DNA of 60,193 nt, counting the filler, from Sphacelaria rigidula (lineage: Eukaryota), in assembly GCA_964200075.2 (NCBI GenBank). It is 10 parts of 10 records of this genome, joined end to end, with 100 filler letters (N's around TTAATTAATTAA, not from the genome) between each part and the next. Parts side by side here need not be neighbours in the genome. Positions count along the whole stretch, not along the records: positions 48,236 to 54,164 come from CAXNAA020023416.1; positions 54,265 to 60,193 come from CAXNAA020023417.1; 8 more parts are not named here. The stretch is one strand, 5' to 3'. Of the stretch, positions 49,984 through 60,193 are shown piece by piece; within the stretch, counting starts at the first letter, position 1, and each line of letters begins with the position of its first letter. Made by a program: the position numbers and the translations under genes. The notes under the pieces were generated by a model that saw only the letters and a program-made list of their open reading frames with translations, was not told where the DNA came from and made no database searches.

Positions 49984-50489
49984 CTGTTAATGGATGAACC
50001 CGCCGACCACGAGGGACACAGGCTGAGCCACAACGCTTGGGGGGGCTGACAATTTTACGTCCAAGCGATCACATCACTGCACCCGATGGTTTATTCACAA
50101 AACACAATCCATGCTGCGGCATGAGCACCATTAGATTCGCAGACGGTACAAGGCTGCATACGCAAAAATACATAACGAACTACCTATCCGGACGTCATTA
50201 TTATCAACACTGTGAACAGTTTCTCACATTTAAACTATTCGAAACCCAGCATGTACGCTCGCATGTTTCAGCTCAAACGCCACAGGACGCAAGAAATGCT
50301 GGTTGCATGCACCGGTACGCGGAGCGTCAATCCCATCATTGCAGCAAACGATCTTTGTGCATGTTCGATCGATCCGTCAGTTGTTCTCCGGTAAAACTTC
50401 GCAGAATTGAGCTTGAAATCGTCGTGGTACAACGTGGACCGTACCAGTATGACATTCATACACACGAGCTGTGATCATACGTGTCTCAC

Positions 50490-50611
50490 CAGCATCAAAA
50501 CCTTGACCTTAATAGCTTCCAATGTACCAACTTGTTGTGGCCCATCGCCCGCCTCCTGGACCCTCAACTCGAAGGGAACTTCGCGATCGTAAATCACCCG
50601 CAGTCCGCCGA
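50490..50611 (-). CDS. SAS6L: SAS-6-like protein exon 2
   Basis: tttag|tc ... ctg|gtgaga; (V)GGLRVIYDREVPFELRVQEAGDGPQQVGTLEAIKVKVLML. Confidence 0.92.
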
Positions 50612-51237
50612 CTAAATGACGCCGACATCCGGTGCAACGTACGGGGCAATGATACAATATCACCATTACGACTATCCATCATTGGTATTAGCGGTAGACA
50701 CTCGACGACCACGACGTCATTCTCGTAAAGAGCTATTTCATATGGTGCTAAGACCCCCCGGAAGGTCATGTGACACCGCAACTTTCTCAAATCTTCGAAT
50801 AATTATTTCAAGCTATGTTGATACGGGTACCATCTGTACACAACAACATGAGTACTCGCGCTCAATCAACGTCTGAAAAACGAGGAAAATGAAGAGTCCG
50901 TGTATCCTCCCTAACCCCTGGACCACCAGGGTAGGCCATCTAGGGTTCAAATACATTGAAATCAAAATGGTGCTCATTCAACAGGTGGCCGACCCTGGCT
51001 GTCAGAGGGTTGAACACGTCGATCGCCGCAAGTCAAGTATGTGTGCGGCAGGTGGTATTCACGAGTCAAGACTTTTCTTCCAGCACGTGTGTAGTTGTGA
51101 CATGAACTTGTGCCTATGCAGCAGCAGCACACCAGAGCATCCCTCTCTTCATTTGCTTCTTCACTTGTTGTTTCGTCCGGCAACTTAGCCCCACCGCAAT
51201 CTGTCTTTCAACGCCATACGCGCGGCGCGGAACCCAC

Positions 51238-51289
51238 CTATGGACGGATCCATATCCTCGATATTTTCTAAAACCCCAGGCTCGCCCAT
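51238..51289 (-). CDS. SAS6L: SAS-6-like protein exon 1 (start codon)
   Basis: ATG at 51289; MGEPGVLENIEDMDPSI g|gtgggt; phase-1 join to exon 2 gives DPSIVGGLRVIYDREVPFELR. Confidence 0.85.
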
Positions 51290-52904
51290 GATGATTTTTG
51301 TGATTTTCCTCTTTCACAAGTTGTCTGTACGGTGCAGCAGCATCAACACCGCAACGTAGCTCTCTGCGGAATTTTGCGGTTGACGAGTGCCACGACACAG
51401 TCCACGTTGGTGAGGGAAGTGCTCAATGCAATCGGGTAAACTGCTGCCCAAGTCTATCTTATGATGAGATGATGTCCTTTGATCGCGCCGCTTAGCTTGA
51501 GGAAGAATAGAGGGTGGTGCGGAAAATTGAGAGCGATCTACAGTACCATCTACTTTCACGAAAACGGACAGATGCTGCCTTGAAGCAATGAGTTTTTCGA
51601 TGAGAGTGGACCCGATCGATACGAACTGACGGTTACATGAGCCGCATGTTTTCCCTCCTTCATTTTACCCTTTCACTTTTCAGGCCCGCCGGCGAAAGAT
51701 AGACGATACCGATACCATACGTCAAGAACGAGGTCGGGAAGCATCCTGACCCCTGCACCTTTTTTCTCTCTGCACCAGGGGCATCCCAACTATACGCCAA
51801 AAGTAGTAATCTCAGGCAGAAAAAAACGACTTACAGATTTATACTGTAAGGAAAACCGCCATTCCTTACTACAGCTGCATTCCATGAGAAGACTCACACT
51901 AAATGTTTCATCCAGATGCTCTTGAATAATTAAGCCTACGTAATTCGGATAGCCAACGTGCTTGCTCACTGAGTGTCAAGCCTGACTCGGCACCTCATTG
52001 CGGCAAATGAAAATACTACAGGATGAAATCACGTAAACCACATTATTGTGCGAGGCTATAAACGCAATCTTGACCGCACACGATTGATTTTAGTATGTTC
52101 AACTCGTGTGGGTAGTGACAGCACGTTAGGGCGTGTAGCGTAAGTTTTGTGAGATCGCGTTTGGATACTAGAATGGAAAATGACTTTGTTAGGACAACAT
52201 TTGATGTATCATGTGAGCCGGCGTTGTACAGTATCCACTTATCAGTTTGTGCGCTGTGGTGGATATCATTGAACGGAATTCCTTGTAGAAAGTGGAAACA
52301 GAGGTTATCTAGTTTTCCCTCCCCTGAAGATACGTGATCGGATGCATTATCGAGTCTCCTGACTGCACCACGTCATAGTTTTGAGGTGTCGAGAAACATG
52401 ACGCTTGTTCAGGCGAAACATTGCTTCTTACTTTACATAATTTCACTAGCTCATTCCCTCAGACCCGTGGTCCAAAGATAATAGACTCCTTGGCAATGAC
52501 GTGGTATGACTTCTTCCATCCGTATGGGGTACCTCACAACAGTAGTGGGAATCTTCAGGTCGTATCTTGGAATGCTGGAAAAATATGAAATCCAAATGAA
52601 AGAGATCGGGTGGGGAAAAATCCGGGTAGCGGCATACTGTACCAGTAAAGCAGTCAGCGAACCGTGGCACATGACTTTCATGTACGCACCTGCGGAAAAG
52701 TGGAATAACTCTCTCGGATCGTACAGTAGTGTATCACAAGTAGGTGCTGGCACGGTGGAGACAGAGAAGCTGTCGATTGGCCGTGGACGAGGTTCGAGGA
52801 GAAGTTTAATCCTCGGTGACTGGTGAAGAGTTTCAGGGATTTCACCGCCATCTGAGGTAGGCTGGGGCTCGCTTGACGGTTGAGCACCGCGTCCTATATC
52901 AAGA

Positions 52905-53107
52905 ATGAAAGTTCTTCGAACGTCGCTGGCAGTCATCGGGTTGTTGGCTGCTCCTGTTGCACCTTTCCGCTACACCCTGAACGACACGTTCCCCTTAAAA
53001 GACCGCTTCACATACAGCGAAGGATGGATGTTTGCGTCGGAGCAAGGACCACCACTTGCACCTCAAGGCCAAAGCTACGTGCACGCCAATCTCAAGGTCA
53101 CTACGAT
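52905..53107 (+). CDS. First coding exon of a secreted or membrane protein with a signal peptide, divergent from SAS6L (possibly TMEM87/GPR107-like; tentative)
   Basis: MKVLRTSLAVIGLLAAPVAP signal-like N-terminus; consensus donor at|gtgagt at 53107/53108. Confidence 0.6.
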
Positions 53108-56100
53108 GTGAGTTCGACGGTAAATTATTGCGGTGCAATTGGGTAGTGGAGGAAGGCTACTGTACAACACAGGTTACAAGAGGCGGAATCGGCAACAACA
53201 CAACGAACACAAGGTGCATGGTCAGGTCATAACTTTCGTTCTTGGGCGAGTTGCATTATTCTGAACAGGCGTTTGGAATCCACACCGCATTTCTGTCGTG
53301 TATTTCTATCATGTTTTGATTTTTCACGTTCAAGCCGGCCTTTTCACATGTGCAACCACAACAGTACTTCGTTTATTTACGTATAAATAGCTGGTGGCTA
53401 TAATTGTTCCGATTTTGACACGGCACCACCGCCAATTCCGTATGCATTGTCAGCCTTTTTTTCGCCCAATAATTCTCTGCTTTCTTTATGCACTTCGAAA
53501 GTTCTTCGTATGTCCGTAGATGATGACCAGTGCCACGGGTAATCGAACCGGACGATGCACAATTGAAGGCATGTCCTAAAACAGAAGAAAATGGTGTCGA
53601 ATACGTGTGGTGGAATCGAATGAGCTCGTATCTGATACGTCCACGGCATTCATTTTCCAGGAACGAGCGATTATGATCGATTGTGAGAACCATTGCAAGT
53701 AACCGGCCGGTATGGAAAAATGTCAACGGGACCTTTCTCGATGAGGTTTAGGAGCAATGGCTTCAATATTTTGCAAGCCTCTCCGTACTCGCGAATTGTG
53801 TTTTTTTGGAAGGGGGGAAGGGGTGTATATATATATATATATATATTGTATATATACATATATATACAAGGTCCCCCTTCGGGACGTCGGTACTGGCCTC
53901 CCGGGGGTGACGCAAGTCGAAAATAGACCAGTATTATTCATTTTTCATATTATGAAGCCAATTGTGTGGGAGGATATGTACCTTCCAGTAGATGACAGTG
54001 GATTCTCGAAAATGGGGTTGAAAAAAAAATGAGGTCCAACTCAAAAGCCGTCCTTTCCCTGACCTAAATTCATGACAAATGGCCTTTATATGGACCACCC
54101 CATCCCTCCCGACTACCCTAAAACTATTTCGAGCGATTTCTAGCCTTCCGTTCCCCCAAAGGGTNNNNNNNNNNNNNNNNNNNNNNNNNNNNNNNNNNNN
54201 NNNNNNNNTTAATTAATTAANNNNNNNNNNNNNNNNNNNNNNNNNNNNNNNNNNNNNNNNNNNNGATCTTTATTTATGTTTGTCACAAGGGACGGCTCAA
54301 GAATTGAGATTCTGCAATATATATATATATATATATATATACGAGCTGGACCAACCTAGAAACGACTTCATGGTTTGCAGGTCCATGCGCCGGCCAATAT
54401 TTAGAGTTGGAGCGTGAAATTTGGCATGGACAATACATAGGACATAACAAAAAAACGAGTGTACCAAAAGTTATTTTTAATCATGAGTTGAGGGCATTTT
54501 ACTGATACCTGTAAACTGATTATTGCCCTCAACTCATGAAAAAAAATGGTACACTCGTAATCATTTTTTCTATGCCCACCTTGTCCACACCAATTTTCAC
54601 GCTCCAACTCTAAATATTGGTCGGCGCATTCGCCTTGTAAAAAGCGGCTCGGTGAAAATTCGGGACAGTATTTTGCAGGCCACTCACCGGCCCACGTTTG
54701 ATTTTCGTGTATTGAAATTTTGTGTGTGCCCTTGCTAGGAAATTATTTACAAAGCTCAGTGGGTCAGGTCGACTTTTTTTCATTATCTTCACTGGTTTAG
54801 GGAGTTCTAGTATGGTAAAGACCATTTTTTCACGAGTACGCCCTTACCTCTATGAAGAAAAAAATTGAAGGTCCATTTCGTTTCTATTTGGCACACCTCC
54901 GTTGTTCTTCATGCCAAGTTCCAAATCACAATTCTAAAAATTGAGCAAAAAAAGTCAGATAAGGCCTAGATCAATGTTTATTTCTTCTCAAAACTCCACT
55001 TAGAACACGAAAAAAAAAAGAAAAGAAAAGAAGAATTAAAGCTGTTTATTTTATTTTCATTACGCACTAGCGGTTCTCAATGCGAAATTTCATAGCACAG
55101 TCCTCCAAAATTGAGACGCGACGCGATATCCAGATTTAGGGCATCTAGTGCCTCTGGTCGTAATATATTGATTTTAGTATGGAAACTTATGTGCGCCATA
55201 TCTCGAAATAGGTTACGAATTAGGTGAACGTGAGGGTATCTATCATCTCCCCGTGGTCCAGGGAGAGTCCGCACCAAAAAAATCGACATCATCCGCTGAA
55301 TGTATCGTTTGGGGTTTCATATAGATTCTAGAGTAGACGCTATCTCCGTACGGTATAGGAATTACTATATACGGGTTTAATCAACAAAGAAATATTGGCC
55401 CAGGTGTTCGAGCAGATGAGCATCTTCCCCTTGATTCCACTATCAATACAATATGCGGATCACGGCCCAACTTATCTGTGTCAATGAGTTATTGCTTTGA
55501 GAGCTTACATCCGTTTTTAGGCTGGCCCAGCTCGTATATACACATATTTTTGGCTACCGCAACGATACTTTGCGTATTGACGTGTACAACGTACGAGCAA
55601 TTATCAGCTCAAAACTCGTAAAATTGGGGCGTGCCTTCCACTTTTTGTGTGACACCGTTGCATCCCGTCGTCCAGCTAGAATAAGAGATGTCCACAAGGG
55701 CGGAAAGTCAGGAGTTCGAATCCCGACAGATACATGGTTTTTCCAGCATCTGGTTCCGTCGTTGAGGGAATATACTATGCAGTACACTGAAAAAAAAAAA
55801 AGTGGCAGAGCGTGCATCAGCAGCTTGGTCTGCAATTCACAGCGGCAGAACGTACGCACATCAGGTTAGTTCGGGAAACTGAAAAAGTAATCGTGTGCTA
55901 GATATGTGAGCTTTCAGGCTGACCCCGCTCGTAGCTAGCTGTGAGCAACTAGAGGATTAACCTTGTGCAACTAGTTGCTTGCGGCCGATTCTCGGAAGAT
56001 AAATTTACAAAACCATTACTGTCTCTGTCTCATGAGTTAGGGTACATAAATTTGTACGTGCCCTCAACCGTGTCCGATCTACTCGTCGATTTTTTGTTAA

Positions 56101-57399
56101 AATCTTCGATGTTTTTCGAATAAAAATACATGTTTGTTTTTCAGCCGGTGCTTGAACCAACCATGCGGCCGAACGGCGGAAAAAAAAACAGTCGGCCCCA
56201 AAATGGCCGTTTTTCACGCCTTTCCCACGGGAAAGAAAGTCTCGAAAACAGTTGTCGCCATTACGTAGCGGCCACCAACCGATATCTCGACGCCCCGTTT
56301 GCGAGGTGGGGGTATGCAGGGGGGCGAGTCCATCGCTAGAATGGTGTAATGGGGAAGTAAGGTACTAAATTTGAACGCTCTTGAGATTTTTTCGAGAATG
56401 CTGAAAGACGTCCACAAAAAAATACTCCCAAAATAGGCCAAAACAGGGTATATTTCAACCCATTTGGGGTAAAGGAATAGAGCCCCGTCTTTTTCTTCTC
56501 TCTCTAGCTTAGTCTTCGTTTTATCTTTTCAACGAACCCGATCATACTACCCTCGCGAACACAGTTGTACCCAGACAACGTATTGCCCATAGGTACCCTA
56601 ACTTATGAGACAGGGGAACTATAATAGCCAGTAAATCGTGACGGCGGGCGCTGCGGATCCATGTACCACACTACAGCACAGTTATTTTATGTCGGTGTCC
56701 TGTCTGCGTGCCACAGTTCAGTGTAGTGCGAATGTATACGAAAAATGACGTCGCTTCCGCATATCTTGGGGCACCCACATGTGACATCGCTATTCTCCAG
56801 ACGCTTACTATAGTGCGTTCAGTGCAGTCCTCGCGGAGCTATAGTCACATGCAGCTTTTCCTCAGGTAAGCGCGTGCAGATAAAATCACAGTAGCAGCAA
56901 TAAACAAGAGAGCAAGAGCGCAGAGGCTGAAGTCGCTCTACACTCAGTAGTACGCTCCGCATGACGATGTCAACTCTCACGCGCTGTGCGAAGTTTCACG
57001 GGCTTGCGATGTTTGCAGCGAGCAGAGCAGTGAAACGAGGAACGTATTGGCTTGACACGTGATCGGCTGACGAAACCGCGTTTCACTTGTGGTTCGCTTT
57101 TCTCGTGTTCTTCCGTTGCCCTCGGTTGGAAAGGCACCCACCAGGGAATCGCTTGAGGTTCACGCACGCTTTTGCCCGATACTCGTCCTGTCGGGCGCCC
57201 TTCACCCGCTGTACCCAGGCTCATTCGACACATTTGCTCATGTTAGACACTGGAACAAGCTCGCTGACGGCTCGCTGATGGGTCGTCAGATGCCAAAATA
57301 TATTCCGAACAACGCAGACGTCGGACAGCTCATGAGCTACCTAGAGTAACGAGTGCAAGACGACTCTCGGATCTCTGGTCCAAAAAAACAAAATGCTTG

Positions 57400-57464
57400 A
57401 CAGCAGGGTCTGAGGAGCCAAAGCGCTGTCTCCTGCGCTGCTCCGGGTGCTCGGCGTCCAGGGC

Positions 57465-57495
<31 letters not shown>

Positions 57496-57848
57496 GTGTT
57501 ATCGTCCCATGTATTTTGGACGCCGGTCTACACCTTTCGGTATATGTGGGCGCACCAGCCGGGGTCACACAGAAAGAAGGCCGACACAGGAGTTCGTTCT
57601 TCCTTGTTTTGTTTTCATTCTCCACCTTCCTTCTGCAGTGCTTGCCTCTTCTTTATTATCGCGAGAAGGGTTCAGCTATCCCTTTGCCTCGTCGACCATC
57701 ACGTCGAATTGTGTGTACCCACGACATAATAGTCGCTCTCCGATGTTGGGCACTGTGTGAGAAAAAATCCCACATCGCTCCGAGATTTGAACCCACGACT
57801 CAACCGTCAGAAGGTTTCGAGGTTACCAACTAGAGCCACCGGGGCGAC
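57400..57848 (-). mobile_element. tRNA-headed SINE; another fragment at 6031-6120 (+)
   Basis: Minus head gtcgccccggTGGCTCTAGTTGG..gtgGGTTCAAATCtc (A/B boxes); body ccggctg.tgcgcccacatataccgaa.ggtgtagac..gggacga.aacacaca is shared with contig 2. Confidence 0.75.
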
Positions 57849-57899
57849 CTGCTACAGTAGGGATCAAATATGGAAAAAGGAAGGCAAATGAACGAGCTC

Positions 57900-58400
57900 A
57901 TGATCCGGGTCAGTAGACCAAGAAGACGTAATATTACAGTAGCCATGAGCTGTTCTACGTGTGGAACAATTGAATGCTGCACTAGATTTGTCCCGACAGT
58001 GGGTCGCACAAGGGTCCGAAGAGCCTGGCCGGCCCTCGAAAAAAGGGGGAAATCGCCTTCAAGAGAACCTGCGTGCTACCCCGCGTGGAAGGGGGAACGA
58101 AGGAGGTGGTGTGTCTACAGTATCGAGGTCGAAGACACGCAACACAGGCTCACTACCGCGAAGAACGCGGGCGAATGGTACCTCGAGGTAGAGAAACGGA
58201 CCCGGAGAGTTCGAACAGAAGTGGCGATGCGAAGGCATACGTCGCAAGCTCGAGGCTGTTGCCTCTAAAGTAGCGAATAGGAGCCGCCACACAGCTATAA
58301 CAGCACATTAACAGCAGCAAGAGCCCGGGAGGAATCCAAGATGGAAATAGTCGAGAGGGCCGCCCGCTCTGTCCATGGATAGGGATTAGGGGATGGGGGG
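57900..58400 (+). mobile_element. Degraded 3' end of a non-LTR (RTE-like LINE) element
   Basis: Frameshifted peptides GRP..NRLQENL..WKGERRRWCVYSIEVED..TTAKNAGEWYLEVE resemble LINE ORF2 C-terminal tails; no RT core is left. Confidence 0.5.
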
Positions 58401-58778
58401 GGTGGGGGGGGCTGCTGCCCTTATCCTGTCTCATTGGCTGTTGATTTATTTCAGTGGCTTGCAACCCCGGCGGCATTCCCTAGATTCTTGTTCTTGTTCG
58501 TATTCGGGTTTGTTTGTAGTTCCCTTCTCTTCCCTCATGTTGTGCTTTGTTCTTCCTTTTCATTTTTCCTCAACGTTTTCATTTCTACTCCATGTATAGC
58601 AGGACTCGTGAACGACGAGCACGGTCCATCTAATCCAGGACGGTAGTGGGTGTGTAGGCTGTAAGTTGTCACTCACTTCAAGTCGACGTAGCGTTCCCTC
58701 ACACATGTTGTGTTTCTTTTTTCGTTCTTGTTTTTCCGTTATGTTTTTAAACTGCTCCCTTACAAGGGTCGTTATAAG

Positions 58779-59852
58779 CAGGGATATGTACGGATTAAGA
58801 ATAAATCCGTGGAGCGGATTATCACGTTGCGGTTTGTCGAACCGCACCGCTCCGTATGGATTACAGCTACGCGGTTGGAACCGTGACACTCGGTTTTTCT
58901 ACGGAGCGGTTCTAGCCACTCCGTAGATCATCCGTGCGTTCTCCGTAGCATAACTTACAAATCGAACCACTGAAAAGCCACGGATTTCCACGGACTAAAT
59001 TGTTCCGAATGTCAGATAACTTGGAATTCGAAGTATTGAAAGAAAATTGTTTTGGATGAGCAATCCACCGATGCGGTTATGAAATTCTGCTGCGAATCAG
59101 GCAAACCGCCTTTTGCACGACACACACACACGCACGCACACACGCGCACCTCAAAGCGGAAAACGTAATCCAAACACGGCGGCGGTGCGCGGACCTCGGA
59201 TGGTTGATGCCATGGATTTCAATATCAAACGCAGTGCCGAGCAATCTCCCGCTTCAGAGGCTGAGGTGAAGGTGTCCACCTCTACACCCGGTTTTGATTC
59301 TTCTCCTTCTTCCCCACGTGAGAACTCTTCCCATTCTACTGTGCTCACCCCCACACCTCCCGCCAAAACCGTAGAAAGCGTTCGACGCACGGTGGTCAAT
59401 ATGGCGGTGGACGCTAGTGCCAGGGTAATCTCAGGGGTGTGGCTATACTTCCATCAGTTCGACAAGGTACGCGACGTTATATGTGGAGCATTAACCTGCT
59501 GTCCCCCCTGTCCAGGATCTGGAAGTCACAGCAAAACGACTCCTGTCGTACTTCTTGGTATTCATCCGCGGATATACATACAATTTTCGCGGATAACCGT
59601 GTCATTTTAACGGATTATTGCCACCGTGCACCGTGGGGAAATGCCGCGGCTTGTGCGGCTTGTCCCACGGAGGGGGACAATCTGCTCCGTGAAAAAATCC
59701 ATGCTACGGACATCCGCTCCGCAATAATCCGTGCTGATGTAGCGGGCGCATATTCGCTCCACTCCGTATCATATTCGAAAAACCCGCTCCGCTCCGTGTG
59801 GTTTGAAAAAATATATATGCACCGAGCGGGCTGTCCTCCGTACACATCCCTG
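58779..59852. mobile_element. Non-autonomous hAT-type element (about 1.07 kb)
   Basis: TIRs CAGGGAT(A/G)TGTACGG match 14/15; 8-bp flanks GTTATAAG and ATTATTAG match 6/8; dense CCGT/ACGG/TCCG subterminal motifs at both ends. Confidence 0.75.
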
Positions 59853-60193
59853 ATTATTAGCCGGACTTTTTCTCCAGAGTTTTTTTTTGCTTTCTCGGAA
59901 AAAAGATCGACTTTCAACAATATAAGATGCTGAAATAAAAATTCAACGAAATATTTTTTCGAGTTCTATACATTCAGTCTTCAATTGTTATATTCCTTGA
60001 CCCCGTTCGCCCCTAGACCAAGGTACGGGTAGTCCATCTGGATCACGAAAAATTTGAAACTTTTTTCAAGGGAATACTGATGACGATTCAGCAGGTGGCC
60101 TACCCTCGCGATCAAGGGGTTAACCCTTTGGGAACCCTCCCCTCCCGTCCCCGGGCCAGACGCCTCATTATTAGAAGCCCTGACAAAGAAGAA

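Noticed and set aside
50974..51183. Alternative SAS6L first exon (MPDETTSEE...)
   Set aside because: TTG start and no family motif; 51238-51289 supplies an ATG, the DPS motif and the correct phase.
52451..52936. ORFs between SAS6L and the signal-peptide gene
   Set aside because: Overlapping short frames on both strands with no recognisable motifs or clear splice signals.

Overview
This window is eukaryotic and is not one locus. It is an artificial concatenation of ten unrelated, length-sorted contigs of 5929-5930 bp (1-5930, 6031-11960, 12061-17990, 18091-24019, 24120-30048, 30149-36077, 36178-42106, 42207-48135, 48236-54164, 54265-60193), joined by 100-nt N44-TTAATTAATTAA-N44 linkers, so adjacency across linkers means nothing. 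Short GT-AG exons in long repeat-filled introns, a SAS-6-like gene and the repeat landscape suggest a flagellated protist or alga; a brown alga (Phaeophyceae) is my inference. Genes: (i) a 1.6-kb exon of a Dicer/RIG-I-type SF2 helicase with a C-terminal dsRBD/DUF283-like domain followed by a stop, with no PAZ or RNase III on the contig; (ii) four phase-compatible exons of a TMC/CSC1-like (anoctamin superfamily) channel; (iii) five exons of SAS-6-like (SAS6L); (iv) a signal-peptide first exon; (v) a 606-aa low-complexity ORF. Mobile DNA: a complete 4.1-kb Ty1/copia element (410-bp LTRs, 5-bp TSD, PBS, PPT, gag-PR-INT) with no RT/RNase H; two hAT-type non-autonomous elements with near-perfect 8-bp TSDs; foldback MITEs; a tRNA-headed SINE; a LINE remnant; transposase fossils; a high-copy composite repeat at many contig ends. 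The most unusual items are the stand-alone Dicer-type helicase-dsRBD, the RT-less copia, a probable LTR followed by about 55 nt of CCA-bearing tRNA-Ser complement, and an alternating-orientation palindromic array of tRNA-like Pol III promoters. No CRISPR array, rRNA or prokaryotic operon was seen. All family assignments come from motif recognition by eye, not database searches.
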